Origin: Lama glama
Taxonomy: Eukaryota
Assembly (NCBI GenBank): GCA_028534125.1
Contig: CM052825.1
Location: 1,364,001 to 1,428,000, forward strand
Direction: 5' to 3'
Length of the DNA: 64,000 nt
Of the stretch, positions 37,601 to 52,140 are shown in pieces; the first letter of the stretch is position 1, and each line of letters begins with the position of its first letter. The notes below the pieces were generated by a model that was not told where the DNA came from, did no database searches, and saw nothing but the letters and a program-made list of their open reading frames with translations. A program made the translations under genes and the position numbers.

Positions 37601-40600
37601 TTCTGAAAACTGTCACAAACGTCTGACACGCCAACACTGTATAAAACCCTTTCCCTGCCACTCCACCTGAAGCTGGGGAACCCAGGGAGGGAGCCCAAGG
37701 TGGTCCTCAGACATCATCTTGCTCAAACACTAGGCTCCTGAGACAGAGGCCAGAAAGAGCAGGGGCTCACCCAGGGCCAAGGCTTGGTCCCCCACCATCC
37801 TCCCGTGGGATCTGGGGGTCTGAGAAGCGGCAGCCAGCTCTAAGCAAGCTAAAGACAGAGAGTCCCTCTCGGGCTGCAGCCACCGGCAGGTCCCAGAGCT
37901 GGGTTCCCTGAACTTGTCCACGGAAAACTCAAGCAGCTGATTTTCCACCCACAGGAACACACGAAAAGCCTGAGGGAGCCTCTGCCGGTGAGGAGCCTGC
38001 AGCTCCCTGCAACTCACTGCTGGCGCCGGCACCAGCCTTGTGGTGGCGGCCAAGTCCAGCTGCGGCTGGCAGAGCATCCGCTCCTGAGGGGGCAGTTGGC
38101 TGCCCGCAAGACTGGCTGCGCGGGGCGCTCTGCGGGGCCAGGGAGCAGGTCCAGCACCTTTAGGAGGCTGGGAAGTCACCGGAGGGTGACAGGAAGAAGC
38201 TGGTGGCAACTTTTAACAACTTTCTTTGGCGCGAATTCAAAACCACACAGCAGCACTGTGATCTTCCTGCACCGCCCAGGGGCCCAGTCTCCAAGGCTCA
38301 GACATCTGGTTTCATCTGAACCCCTCCCTCCACCCCAACTTCAGTTTTTTAATCTATTTTGCGATGTAAATTTCACCTAAAAGAACTTGACCTGAACTCC
38401 TCCTCCCAGGACACTGACCAGTGGACACACGCGTGACTCAGGTCCCCACCTGGACACAGAACGCCTCAGCCCTGAGGAGGTTCCTCCAGTCCCTTCCCAA
38501 CCAACACTCAACGCTAACTTTGGGAAGCGGCTAGGCCGGCCTGTCTTGGGGTATTTTGTCAGGGTTTTTTGGCCTTAAGGTCTTGCCTGTTAGAAAGCAA
38601 CTTTTAAAATTCCAACAGCTTTCCTCCTGTCGCTCCTCCTTGACTTGCACACAGCTGCAGTGCAACACCGGCGACACGGGCTTCTCCAGAAGCCCCTAGC
38701 CGCTCACCGCAGTCTGGCCGTGTCACCCTGGCGGGAAGCGCGCTCCCACCGCGCTGCACGCGGAACAAGCGGGGGCCCGGGAAACAGCCCAAGCTGTCAC
38801 CGCGGACACCCAGGCGGGGGCACTCTGTGAGGGCAGGGAGGACAAATGAGCACATTTTCTCAAGTCTCTCAGAGACGGCGTCCCTGGGAGGCTTTGGCCC
38901 CCCAGACTCTGGGACGTGTGAGGAACTGCCCAGGGCTGCCAGGAGGCCCTGGGCCGTGAAGCAGCCCCCGGAGCAGGGCACCTGGCGCCGGCAGGAACCC
39001 CGGGCTCCATCCCAGACGCTGCCCGCCCTCACTGCCCGAGTTCCTCTGTGAGTTGGAAAAACAACACCGGGGACCGCAACGCACCCCACACACAGCGAGG
39101 AGGGGAATGACACCTACCCGGTGTCTCTCCAGCATCTTCTGCTGCGTGAGTCAGGGAAGGCCGGGAAGGAGGCCTGCCAGGAGTACCGCGCCCCTTTCTC
39201 CCCACAGGCTCCCCTTCCCCAGCCCCCCGCGCTGTGGTTCTGTGGTTCGCGCCAGAGCAGCAGCAGAGGGCGGCCCCCAGCAGGTCACCTGAGCTTCTCC
39301 CGGTCTTCAGACCATGACGACCCCCTACATGAGCCAAATCGCTGCTTGTGCCCTGAGGCCGAGACTAACGAGAGTAGCCACCCAGCACCCAAGGCGCCCC
39401 AGCCCCCCCGAGGCACGTAAACGCAGCTGAAGCCTGGAGCGCGCGGTCTTCCACAGAGCAGATGCTTGCTGAGGGTCTGGGGTGAGGGACCCTGGGCCAC
39501 ACCTCCCGGCTGCGTGTCAGCAACGGTCCCCAAGATGGACGTGCTCTGCCCCGGGCGCCCCGTCTGGCCTCACGCTCTTGGACCCCACCCGCCCACCTGC
39601 AGGCCCTGAGGCCCCCTCCCGGAGGACGCCGTGCCCACGGTCCGCACACAGACAGGCCACGGGGTCCCCACAAGCAGAGGGGCTGCCCACCCTTCCCACC
39701 CAGTACCAGCTCAGCCTCCCTTGGCAGGCGCCTCTGTCACGGTGCCTCGAAGAGCAAGCCTTTGTCTCCCTCTACGGACACAGGCCCAAGGCATCAGAAC
39801 CAGGGGCCATCCAGGAGGGCAGCTGCTCTCCCGTCCCTGCCCGGCTCCCCCCATTCCCTGTGACAGAGATGAGGCTGGACGGTTGGCACGAGGACACGTC
39901 CAGGCCAGGGAGGGAACACAAAGTACATTAAAACCGACTCCCAAGTCCCCCAGCCTGAGGGCACACAATGACACAATGACCTGGCGGAGAGCTCTCCCAG
40001 GCCACCGGTGACAAACCCTCATGAAAACACAAGGGCAGGAGGGACCAGCGACCAGAGCTCTGCCTGGGGCTGAGGGTCTCACGCCTACCACCTGCCATCC
40101 AGCGCACCCAAGACAGGCAGAGGGAAGGGAGAACCAGACATCCAGAGCAAAGGCTCGTGGTCCAGCCTCTGCCACATGCAAACTCTGAACAGCAACACCA
40201 ACCCAGCGGGCGGCCACCACCCTCGACCCCAGAGCACCCACCCACGCCGGCTCCCCCCTCCCTGCACCTGGGACACTTGCTTCCCACCTCACCTATCTCC
40301 TTCTCATTCTCAGGAACCGCCCCCCACACACTTCCCATGCGACAGAGCCCATCCTCATCAAGGGCGACACATAGCAGGTCTGGCAGTGTTTGCTGAACTG
40401 GCCCAGACACCTTCCCACAACCAGCCTGGGCAGCGCATCAGGGCTGCAATGCGTGGCTCCCACGACGCCAGGATGGAAGCAGCACTTCTGAGGACACGGA
40501 GGTCAGCACCCTGCTCCAGGACAACAGCAGGATGCACAGCAAGGCACAGCAGGACCCCTGGGGCCGTCCTGTGCTGCCCGGCCTGTTGCTTAACTGATAA

Positions 40601-43600
40601 CTCCGCTTCCTTTTCATCATCAGGAACCTGTCCCCCTGCAGCTCAGCAACAAGGGCCCTGCCTCAGAGCTGCCTGCTCATGGGCACACAAGCCCCCCGTC
40701 CCGGACCCCTCACCACTAACAAAGGCCAGTCCACCCCTCGGCCCATCCCTGGCCTCCAGCCTGTCTCGGCAGAATCTGAGCCCTGTCCTCAGGTGGCCAG
40801 CCACCCAGGAGGAATGGGCGCGGGGCCTGGGGAGGGGTGGGATATGGCCACTGACTGACCCTGCCCCGGGGAAATTCAAGAATGAGGGCACCTGCTCTGC
40901 CCCCGAGAGAACTGAGGCAAAGCTGGACGGACGGAGGAGCACCTCTGCTCCTGACACAGAAAACACGGGCCGCAGGCACGGGCGACAGAGCTCACAGCCA
41001 CACGCTGTGACCCCGGGTAACACTGGACAGGCCTCTTCCCACGGCCTCAGGGCTGTCAGGTGGGGAAGTCCAGGCCCAGATGCCGACTGAAATACACTCC
41101 CAATCGTTCCCTGCGGCCCACCGCAGATACTGGCCCTCGAAGGCAATAGTGGCTGCTGAAAAAATCTCCAAGCCAGGACAGGCCCTCGGGGGGCTGCTTC
41201 AGAGGACGCTGTGCAGCCAGCCCAGCCCCTTGCCTGCTCTGGTCCTCTCAGGATGCTCCCCACTCTGCCTGGGGGCTGGGGGCCTGGCATCGACGAGGGG
41301 GACCTGGACCCACGCACGTCCCCAGGAGGTCTGGTGCGTAACGGGATGTCAGGAAGCCTCTGCTAAGTCTGAATCAGTCGGGACACCAGAGATGCCTCCT
41401 CATGCTCTAAATAATCCCCTGGGAATCAGGCACAGCCTAATTTGTCTAAGTCCTTTCACTCTCTGGCTTAAGATTTTTTTTTAATGTGAATTTGAAAGGA
41501 GGTACAGAGGTAGAACAGTCCTGTCTACCAAGCTGGGAAAAAGGCCCCCAGGAGGGTCTCCGGAGACCGGTGAGCAGCACAGACATGCAGGTGCACCCGC
41601 GCCCGGGGTCTGCTATGCTGGGGCCCTGGGGCTTGCGGCCCAGGACGGCACACGCGGGTTCCACCCTGCAGAGTCGGGCTGCACGTCCTCTGAAACGCAC
41701 TTGTCTCCTACGCCCCCTGCAACGCCGCAAAGCCCCCCACCCCATGGCCTGCCCCGAGCGCTCAGGGCCAGAGCGGACAGCGGGGGTCTCCGTCAGGGCC
41801 TACCGACCTGCCAAGCCCGCGTCGAGCAGAGCGCTCCCCCTCCCGCTGGGGCAGAGCTGGCCTGTCAGGGCCGCTGCTCTGTCCACAGCTCGCCGCACAG
41901 ATCCAGCAGGCAGTGCTGGCCAACATCGCTGCCAGCCCACACTGAAACCCCACCAGGGAGCAGGAGACAGGCAGGGGCTGCTCCCCTGAGCCCCAGCAGA
42001 ACTGCAGCTGACAGCACGACCGCTGTCAGGAAGCTCTCGGCTACGCCTGTTTTCTGGTTCCCACCGGACACGGTGCAAACAGCGCCAGGGCTGGCGGAGC
42101 AGTCAAGCAGGCCCAAGGAGGCCCCACCCCAGTCACAGCGAACCAGAAATGCACCATGCATCACCCAGCACCAAATGTCTATGAAAAGCCCACTGGCTCT
42201 GGAGACAAGCCCCTGCTCTGAATTCCCACGTCTTGAGACTGAAGGTGACCAGGAGAGGACACACAACTCCCCTGGCAGAAATAAGCTGGGGCTCAACCAC
42301 CCAGAGGAGTCAGCGCAGGGGAGCGTCTGCTGGTCTCCGTGGGGTGTCAGAAGCCCCCATCTCCGCCCGTACCTCTTGGGAGGAAAATCGCAGCTCCAGG
42401 GCGCCCGGGAGCCAACACATTACAGGTGCAAGGCCCCCGGCGGACCCCAGGCTGCCTGAGAGCAGCTCATGGGGAACGCACACCGGAAGGAACAAACGGA
42501 TCACGGCCTAGACCACCGAGGCATGAGCAGGCAGGAACTGAAGCAGGGGCCCACTCACAAGGACACAGACGGCCAAACACTCCTCCTTCCCCTCCTCCTC
42601 TCATGCCACTAAGGAAAACCAAACCAAGACCCATTAAGACAACCAAGACGCACGACGGTGCACCCACCTTCCCCGGCACCCACAGTGCTTCCTGTACTGA
42701 TCCCCCAATACCTAGGTAATCAGAAATCTCAGACACAGCACCTCGGGCAATAAAGGTTTCCATGCTGGTCATAAGCTCTCTCGTAGAGGGAAACATGCTC
42801 CCCGGGCTGTCTTCCTAACTGGCCTCACCCACCAGGGGAAACTGGTCCCCAGGACTTGTCATCTGGCCAGCCAACGAATGTTTCTGGGAAGCATCCAGAT
42901 CAGCACTTGTCGGCTCCCAACTTTCCCTCCAGATGATGGGTCAGCAGTTTCGGGGGTGCAGCTGCCAAGCTCCATAGCCAGAAAACCCGCCTGCCTGTCA
43001 GTCTCCCGGTGCACCTGCACTCCCACTGACAGGTATCGTGCCCTCCCAGCCCAACTGAAACCAGGCCAGACGCAGGCACAAAGGGACAGGGAAGGCGCCA
43101 AGTCGCAGCAGCACCCTTGCCAGGAGCAAACTCTTCCTCCGTGAAATTAGAGGCTTGGCGACAGAAGGACTCAACAGGCGTTCCATGCCTATTTAATAAG
43201 CTCCCCCCGCAACAGGAACTGCCAGAAAAGCTTTCCAAAAGCCAAACCACTGCCGACTCCTGCCCTCCTCACTTCACGGGGACTTCACTTTGAATCTCTG
43301 CTAAAACCTTTGAAAGCACACTGCCCAAAGCAGTGACAGAAATGTCAAGTACATGTGTTGGAGGACAGTTTGGTCAAACATACACAGCTTCCAAGGTAAA
43401 AATCCTACTTCTAAGGAATTTATCCAACCCAAACCATTGGCTGGAAACTATTGGTAAGGGAAAAACCTGGCGGGAAACAACCTCTGTGTCCATCAAGGGG
43501 GGAATGAAGCAAATCAGAATTCATCCGCCCTGTGGAACACGTGCAGGTCTCGAAGACAACTCAGCAGGCCTCCCTGTGCTGGTGCAGAAGTGCTGTCAGA

Positions 43601-43744
43601 AAGTCAGAGAAGAAAGCAAGGCTGCAGGCACGGCGTGAGCGCGCGGGCGGGCTGGCGAGGGGAGGGGAGACACGTGAAGAGCCTGTACAACAAGGAGAAA
43701 CAGGCTTTCTCATATTTCGTTAGCTTTGTACCTGTGTGACACGA

Positions 43745-43860
43745 CAGATGTCACTAACACCGCTTCATGATGTATGTGAGGCAAATCGTTCTGCTGCACA
43801 CCTTCAGCTTACACAGTGCTACCTGGTGACTATAGCTCAATAAACTGGAAAAAACAAAGA
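43745..43860 (+). mobile_element. Short L1 3' terminus
   Basis: gcaaatcgttctgctgcacaccttcagcttacacagtgct...tatagctcaataaactggaaaaaa. Confidence 0.65.
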
Positions 43861-44519
43861 GCTTCTATGCACACGCATTTCTAGGAAGATATGTAAGGCT
43901 TTACCAGGTATTGTCGAGGAAGACAGCCACAGGGTGAGAGCAGCACCACCCGGCTGCCCACCTCTGGGGCAGCCCTCAGCCCCACTCTGAGAATGGTATC
44001 ATGTCCCGGTGGCCGGCAGCTGTGACACAGGGCGAGGCTGGGCGAGGCCACCCGAGGAGGCCAGGTGGGGAGGGGAAGACCGCTCTCCCCTCCCGCCCCC
44101 TCCGCTGCAGAGCCGGCGTTTATGCTGACACTCCCTGACGCTGCGCCGCCCACCGCGGCCTCCCCGGGCCAGGCCCACAGCACCTGCCCCCAGCCCCGAG
44201 ACCCAAGCAGACCGACACAGCCTGGGCTGGTCCTGGCAGCCTGCAGGCCCTTGACAAGCTCAAGAAATGGCTCCTTCCCAAAATGAAGGCTTGGAAAAGC
44301 GTCCCCACCCACTCCTGACCTCAGTCCCAGTCACCCCGAGGCCTTGGCTTCCTCTCACAGCTCGCCATGCACACTGATCAGCGCCGACCACAGACCAGCG
44401 AGACTGAGGTGGGACCACGTGCATGGGGTAGCCGCTGCCACAACGGACGTTGTCACCAGCAACTGCAGCGCCCCAGAGGGCCCCCCAGGCCCCCCAGTCA
44501 TATCCCAACCCAGGACTTA

Positions 44520-45930
44520 AGGAGCCACTCGCCCACCTCTGTCACTACAGGTCAGTTTTGCCTTTTATAAAATTTCAAATAAATGGCATCAAAATAGTGC
44601 GAACTCAGCAAGCTGCCTTCTTTCGCCCAGTAAGAGGCCCGAGCGCCTGCACAGAGCACACACCTGTTCACCGCCAGGCCGGGCTCCACCGCGTGGACAG
44701 CACCGATCCACCCACCCGACGGACCCTTCGGCCAGTCCGTGCTTGGGCCATCATGAATGAAGCCACCATGAACACTCACAGACGAGTCTCTGTGGGTCGC
44801 ACGTCCTCACCTCTCTCGGGTGAGCGTCCAGGAGTGGACCCGCTGCTCCCGCCGGCCGCAGACAGAGAGCTGCCCGGCTGTCTCCGGAGCGGCTGTGTGG
44901 GTCCTGCAGAACCAGCCGCGGACGAGGGTCCTGGCTCCACGCCTTCACCAGCGGCTGCAGCCATGCCGGGCCAGAGCACTGCTCCGCGGTGACCCTAACC
45001 TGCACTCCCAGTGACGAAGGACACCAAGTCCTTCTTTACCACTCACACATCTTTTTCCGTCCAGTTACCTGTTCAAAGCCTTTCAGCCGTTTTTCCAATT
45101 TGGTCATCTTACCAACTTGGAAGAATTCTTCTCATATTCTGGATAAAAGTCCCCAGTCAGACGGGCACAGTGAAAATATTTTCTCCCCTTCTGTGGCTTG
45201 CCTTATTTTTTTTTAAGTCTTTTGAAAGCAAAAGTTTTCAATTTGAATGAAATCCAACTTACCAAAGTTTTTCATCTGTGGTTTGTGCTTTTTGTGTTCT
45301 CAGGACTCTTTGCCAAAAACAAGTTTGCAGAAGTTTGCTTTTACATTGAAGCCTGTGCCCCGCAGAGTTTGTGTGGAGTGAGGCTTCTGTATCTGTCTAC
45401 GCATCTACCCTGTTGTTCCAGCGCCGTCTGCTGACCCTCTCCCAGTGAATTACCTTGTCATCTTTGACAAAAGCCACTTGCCTCTACATTCTTGGGTTAG
45501 TCCCAGACTTCCTGCTCTGTCACTGATTCACGCGTCCGTCCATACCCCGCCGCCACCCCGTCTCGATCGGTGCAGTCGACAGGGTGCCCGCGGTCAGCCC
45601 CCATCGGCCCTGGCACCCACTCCCCTTCTCAGCTCTCACAGCCACTCTGGGGCCTCCCACTTCCACAGAAATTTTAGGATCAGTTCGTTGATTTCTACCA
45701 AAAGAGCCTCCTGGGACTCTGACTGGGATTGTGTTGAACGTACGGATCAATTTCAGCAAACTGATATCTTAACAATATTGATCCTTCCAATCTATGAACA
45801 CAGCATCTCCCTCCATTCACCTGTATCATCATCAGGTTGTCTTTAACTTCTCTCAGCAACATCTCATCGTTTTCAGTGCACGGCTCTTACGCACATTCTG
45901 TTCAATTTATCCCTGAGTACCTCACAGACA
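44520..45930 (-). mobile_element. Antisense old L1 (L1MC/ME-like), GC-shifted
   Basis: gttttgccttttataaaatttcaaataaatggcatca...tattctggataaaagtcc...aattttaggatcagtt...atcttaacaatattgatccttccaatctatgaaca. Confidence 0.8.
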
Positions 45931-48900
45931 CAGCTAAGGGTGTGATCCCCAAACTGGGACGAGAATGGCCACTTCCGTGCGTATTCCTAACCTCTGCGAG
46001 CCACAGAGCCCCTGAGAACCTGAGAGGGCCTACCGCCACCCACAGAGGAGAGCGGTGCAGACATACTCGGTCTAAACGCCAGAAGCTCAGACCCCAGGGA
46101 CTTAACGACCTTAAAGAGGCTGGCCAGCAGCAGAGCAGATGTGGGCCAGTCAAGGGCCAGCGAGAACTGTCAGGCCACAGGCCCTCACACCCCTGCTCAC
46201 CGAAACCCTGGCTGCGGCGGCAAGCCCCAGGGTGGAACGGCAGTGGGCCAAGGAGGGCCACAGGCAGCAGGCCTGAACCACGAGTCCAGAGGGACCCACC
46301 AGCAGCTCCACCCAGCAGCTCCAAGGTTGCAGGGAGCCAGAATCACTGGGGGGAGTGCCACCTAGTGGTAGCAGCTCTCTGAAACCCATGGTGACACTGG
46401 ACAACAGCCAGCAGCTGGAGTCCTGACAGGCCCCAAGTGAGCACAGTTACGGCAGTGCCTTGACTCTAGGACCAAACAGATGCACGCCCACCCAGCCAGG
46501 CCAAAACCTCTGCTCCTAGGGCAACCGTTGGGCCTCTGCCATCGGCCGGAGCCGGCTGATCACGCTTTGGGGGAGTGGGCCTCTGAACCAGCACACGAAA
46601 CCACACGTCTACACCACACATCCGCACATGTGCTAGAAAGCCCTTCCACTTACAGATGTGGAAACTAAAGCATAAAGGCGAACCCACAACACAGGAGGGC
46701 TAAGCTGGGGCCAGACCGACGTCTAGCCACAGTCAACAGGGTCTGACAGCCCCACAGTCACTCCCACTGCTCTGCATGCCGCACAGGTGATGAAGGCGTC
46801 CCTCCCAGACCCGCCCCTGGTGGGTCCCCCTCCACCCCCAGGCAGCCTCACCTCAGCACACCCGGCCCCCCATGTCCCTGAGTACCCTGCCCCTCTGCCT
46901 GCTCCCACCCCGACACTCAACTTTGTTTAGAAGTGGGCTTGGCCAGGCCACCCCCCTGCTCAGAAATCTCGAATGAAGCCCAAATCCTGGCAAAACACAC
47001 AGCCACAATTCTCACGGTATTCGTGGTCAGGCCAAGACTCGAGGCCGGCGCTGGAGAGGCTGACCTGATGGGCCTGGGTCCAGCCCAGGAGCCTGCACTT
47101 GTACCAAACCCCCTGGCTAGTCTGCTGACGGGACATACTTACACCACAAGCCTGACCATCAACTGCCACACAACACACGTGCCACTTAAGTGGGGCGCCA
47201 GTCACCACGGGGACAGGAAAGGAGAGACGGGGAAGCTAAGGTGTCCAAGGGGCCCCCAGAAGCAGCCCAGGCACCACCACCACAAAGCACGTGGAAGAAA
47301 ACCCTCTCCCCACAGGGCCCCTGCTTGGGGCCCCCTGCACACACCACCCCAAGCGCGCAGTCCTGTTTAAGCCCCAGGAGGACGAGGACCATGAGGAGAG
47401 CCCGGGGGCCCCTCCCAAGGGCAAGAAAACTGGCCCGGAGCAGAGCGCTGCCTCCGAGAGGGGCCCCCACTAGCAGGAGGGCAGGACAACACTTCATTCT
47501 CCTACCACGGCCGCACACGCCCCTCCTCTCCAGGCTGACACCAAGCTGGTGCAGGCACCAGCAGCCCCACCTCGGCCAGCACCCCAGGCTGCCCCTTCCC
47601 TCTCTCATCCAGGGCCTGGCCACGAAGGCCAGGCTGAGTGACCACCCCAAAGCCGACCAGGCAGATGCCCACTCGAGCTGCAAAACTCCACTGGCCCACA
47701 GGACAGCCCAGCCGGGTGCGGGGGGTCAGGCTGGGAAGTGGGACCACGAGGGCTCAAGAGCAGCTGCACCTCCCATCCTGCCCACAGAGCTGACACTGGC
47801 ACCGTCCTGGCTGCGACAACAGCCGGCTGCGTGCCGCCCTCCTGGCCTGACCGAGCTTGAGTGCTCCGAGGCCCAAGCTGGGCGTTCAAACGCTCCAGCA
47901 GCTGGTCTGATCAGGCATGGGGACCTCTGATCTCCCGCACAAGAAAGAAGTCACGGAGGCTCCTGCTCTGACGAGGGTCCCCTGGGGGCAGGAGGGATGC
48001 CTTCCCGTGAGTTAATAAGCCCAGAGAACAGGAGGAAGCACAAAACGTTCACGTCCTGCTGGCGCCAGCCCTACAGGAGCCTGGGTTCTGCAGGTGGAGT
48101 TCACGAGGAAACAGCAGCCGAGCCTGCCCTCGGGGGCTCAGCGAGGCAAAAAGAGAGCGAAGGGGCACTGTCCAGGGACGAACACCTGGAGTCCACAGGG
48201 CCGGGGAAGGGGTGCGGGTTCCAGCACAGCAGTCAGACGGCGCAGTCACGGGACAGCTCCTTAAAGACGGTTCTCGGCCTTGGCCCCGTTCCCCAGAACA
48301 GCAGGAAAGAAACCCGAGAAGCCAGTCTTGAAGTCGCACAAGCAGATAAAATAAAAAGCTCTTTAAACCCTGCAGGCCCCGTACGCGGGCACCTTTGGTG
48401 ATCCAGAATGATCAACCTTCCCCCACTGCCAGCACCCACCACCCAAGACGGCAGCAGCCAGGCAGAGTCAGTCTGCAGGGGGCCTGGGCGCCTGGGGGCC
48501 TGGGGGCAGCGGTGCAGCAACGCCGAGAAGCGGCCCCAGAAGGACGGGGGGCAGAACAGACGGTCGGCGGCAGGGGCGGCGGGGCGGTGCCCTCCCTGCC
48601 CGGCCGTCCGGCCACCCGGCCGCCACTCGACAGACGAGCGGGGGCCACTGCAGGGGCCTGACGGGAAGTGGTCTTCGATTAGTTTTCCGCTTATGCCCCT
48701 AAAAACGCTGTCTCTACTCATTACAACCACCTAAGAGGAAGGACTTCCCCCAAAAGCAGTCTATACAGGAAAGAGTCTTTCAGGAAAGCCCAACGGCGCA
48801 GGGCCAGTCCCTGCCAGCCCGCCACTGAGGGCACCCCGACGTCCGGCAGGTAGTCCCCCAGCTCCTTCGCTCTGCGCACATCTCACTGAGCCTCAGTGCC

Positions 48901-49010
48901 ACCAGCAGGGCCTCCGAGGGAGGGAGCCGGGGTGGCAGGGCCCATTCTGCCGAAGGTGCCAACCGTGCAGAGAGGAGGTGGGGACTGAAGGCGCCGCGCC
49001 CTCCGCTTAC

Positions 49011-49072
49011 CTGACGCTCAAGCCCGTGGTCTGGTCCAGGCTCTCCCAGCTCTGCAGCTTCGACAGCAGCCT
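49011..49072 (-). CDS. MAD1L1: MAD1L1 exon 10
   Basis: RLLSKLQSWESLDQTTGLSV(R), translated by hand (not captured in frame by the ORF track). TTTTCAG acceptor, AG|GTAAGC donor. 62 nt. Confidence 0.96.
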
Positions 49073-49904
49073 CTGAAAAGACGTGGAGGTGAGCACTCAG
49101 GGCACCAGGCCCCCACATCTCCGTCCAGGGGCCCCACGGCCCTCCTGCCGTCCTCCTCCACGCCCAGTGCACCTTGACCCCCGGGCAGACGAGCGCCGAG
49201 TAAAACCGGCAGGGACGGCAGCGACACTGAGTCTCCCTGATCCTTCAGAAGAGCCTGCCCTTGCCTCTGGGTCAAATGCAGAAACGCTCCAAGCCTGCTC
49301 CGAGGCAGGCAGGCTGCTTTCCAGCAGCTGAAGCTGCACTGGGCGCTTGACACCCCCACTCCAGGTCCCTAGCTTGAAGGTTCCCGGCAGGCCAACAGGA
49401 CTGCAGGCGGGGGAGGGGCTGGGGCAGGGGACAGCCTCACGGATGGGCCTGAGGTGATATTCTGGGCCCCAGGGAGCAGGCACTGGGACTCGCCACAAGG
49501 CCCCCCGGGACCAGCCCGCCACCTTCCAGGTGCTCCTCAGGACGCCAACCAGGCAGGTGGACTCACCCTAGAGCCAAACTCCCCTCCCCACCCCACCCCC
49601 AGCCAGCGGACCAGGGCACGTGGCCGCCCAGAGGAACAGGTGGCGGCGGTGGCGTCCCCACCCAGCCCGTATGCAGGGTGTCCTGCCCCGTGTCCACACC
49701 ACTGCTCCACACTGACCCACAGTGCACGTTCGAGTCCCACTCCCTTTCCAGAACACAAGCAATGCGAGCGCAAGGACCGCGTGCCTTCATCTGCCCTCCA
49801 GCCTCCTTCCTGGGCCAAGCACAGCGCTGCCATCACTCAGCCGCTCAAGCCCTCCCGGGGCCCACCACGCGCCGGCTCGGGCCTGGCTGACAGTCCCGTT
49901 ACTG

Positions 49905-50110
49905 CGACGATGCTTAGTGAGCAGCTACCACTGCGGAAGCACTTCACGTAAATCCATTTAATCCTCACAACAGGACAAAGACGTGGTCATTCCTCACTGC
50001 GTAGGTGGACAGAGAAGTTAAGTAACCTTCCAGGGTCACACAGCCAGCAAATACGCAGGGCAGGATTTGAAACCAGGCAGTGTGATTCTAGACGCAAAAT
50101 CTTAATCTTA
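49905..50110 (-). mobile_element. MIR SINE
   Basis: catttaatcctcacaaca...agagaagttaagtaaccttccagggtcacacagccagcaaat...ggatttgaaaccaggcagtgtgatt. Confidence 0.8.
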
Positions 50111-50527
50111 ACCAATTTCAAAATAAACTGTCAGAGGAAAGCTGCTCAGCTCGGGAACTGTCTCTTCAGGCTAAATTCCTACATAAGCCAGTGCAGGAGA
50201 CAGATTTCTGCTCTGGTCCCATGAATGCCTCAGGCTGGCAGTGAACTCTGGGGTGGGGCAGCCGGCAGGCACTCCGACCAGACTGGAAGTGACAGGGAGT
50301 GGTGACATGGTTTAAGCCAGGCAGGCCAGAAATGAGGCACCAGAGTGTGACCCTGGGGAGGCCAAGGAGGGACGGGAGGACCCTGGGCCTGGAGCCAGGG
50401 GGCCTTGGTGCTGGCCCAAACTTGTGTGCAGCCCAGCAGCCTCCTTATTTAGCAGACCAGCTGGAACGCAGGACTGGAACACCCAGGGTCCCCCTCAGAC
50501 AGAGGACACCCGCGGGGACCAGCTCAC

Positions 50528-50642
50528 CTCCTTCTCCAGCTCCAGGTCGACCAGCGTCTCCTGTATCTTCTCCTGCCGCCCCAGCTTCCGCTGCAGCCCC
50601 TCCAGCTCCTCCCGGAGCAGCCCGTTGGTCTCTCGCAGCTCC
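50528..50642 (-). CDS. MAD1L1: MAD1L1 exon 9
   Basis: (R)[41 protein letters not shown] acceptor, GAG|GTGAGC donor. 115 nt, preceded by a 113-nt intron. Confidence 0.97.
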
Positions 50643-50755
50643 CTGGCAGGGCCAGGAACAAAGTCACTTCCAACAGCCACGCACGCTGGGGGGCATCCGG
50701 GAGCCCCAGGAACAGGGGCAGCACACCCGCGCCCCCTCCCCTCCCAGGCTCTCAC

Positions 50756-50886
50756 CGCAGGCAGGCCGTCTCCTCCCGCAGCTGCCGCAGCTCCCTCTCC
50801 ATCGTGGGCAGCCGCACCAGCTCCGACCGCATGTTCTTCACAATCGCGGCGTCCTGCTCCTGCAGGGACAGCTTCTGCTCCAAGTC
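50756..50886 (-). CDS. MAD1L1: MAD1L1 exon 8
   Basis: [43 protein letters not shown](R). CAG acceptor, CG|GTGAGA donor. 131 nt. Confidence 0.97.
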
Positions 50887-51259
50887 CTGATTGAGGCCAG
50901 GGGCGGAGAAGGGAGAGTCACAGGCAACAAAGCACCCCAGGTCCACACCAACCTCTGCAGCCCCGGCCCCCGCCTCTGGGCAGCCTGCCCTGGCTGCACA
51001 GGGTGTTTCTCTGCGCAGGCTTCCGGCCCCACAGTGCACCGTGCCCGTGGGGCAGGAGCCCAGCACACACCTGGCACGGGGACACACAGCAGAGGTGCCC
51101 CGAATAAACACCCTCCCCTCTCGCACTGGCTTGGCTTGCTGCTCCCACGCGCAGGTGATGCTGAGTCACTCCACAGCGAGCACAGCCTTTCCTTTACAAC
51201 ATGTAGTCCCCTGGGGCTCCACTGTGACCACCCACAGAACAGGTGTGTGACCAGGACCA

Positions 51260-51560
51260 AATCAGGCAGTCATTCAACAAACACTAAGGAGCCCAGCTCT
51301 GTGCCAGCTTCTGGGTCGAGTAGTGGGGTCAGTGCAACACAGAAAACAGACGAGGCCTCCACAGGGAAGTGCACAGTCTGGCAGGAAAGACAGACCTCAG
51401 GCCACGCAGGCAAGTCAATGCTGAGAAGTGGGCGGAGGGCTGCAGACAGGAGGACGGAGCAGGGAAGACGCAGCGGGGTCGTGTGAAGTGGTGAAGGCCA
51501 GGGGAGGAGAGAGGGACAGAACAGCATGTAAAAGACCTGAGGCGAAAGAGAGCGCAGGGG
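51260..51560 (-). mobile_element. L2 fragment
   Basis: cattcaacaaacactaaggagcccagctctgtgccag... is the reverse of the L2 3' end. Confidence 0.6.
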
Positions 51561-52140
51561 GTCTGGGAGCTGACAAGGAGCACAGCTGGAGACGGAGGAA
51601 GACAAGATGGACCCGGGGAGTCAACAAGGAGCTGGAGCACACGGGCAGGGACACGCGCTGTGGCGCTAGCTCTGAGGCAGCGGGTAGCCACCCCAGGGAC
51701 CCGGAGTCCCCCCCCGTCCCCCTAGCTCTGCCCTCCTGGTGAAGCGGCATGGCCTCAACTGCAGAGTTGGGACGCCCTGGCTGCAAGGCCCAGCCCGGCC
51801 ATGCACTGGCTGTGCGACATCAGGCAGGCTCCCCAGCCTCTCCAACCCTATCTCACAGCGGCCACTGGGACTTGAAGTTGTATGTGTACTTTCCGCTCTG
51901 TGTATTTGATTTTGGTCTTCATTCAACAGACCACGAGCCTTCTGGAGCAGAAACACGCCTCTTACTGTGGCATCCCCAGCACCCAGCATGGGGCCGGGCA
52001 CAAGGAGACAACCAGCCGTGGGCCCCAGAGGCCGCCGAGCACACCCCCAGCTCAGAAACACCTGCAGGTGGCAGGAGGGCTGACACCACCACTGCCACTT
52101 CCACCAGACATGGGCTGGGGACTGAAACAGAGCAACTCAC

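Larger units (their letters stand above)
2567..49010 (-). other. MAD1L1: MAD1L1 intron 10 (46,444 nt)
   Basis: GT...AG bounded. The flanking exons join in frame into continuous MAD1 sequence (GLSVR|TPEDL). Confidence 0.93.

Noticed and set aside
40176-42459. 304-aa and 252-aa intronic ORFs
   Set aside because: No homology recognised and composition matches the surrounding intron.
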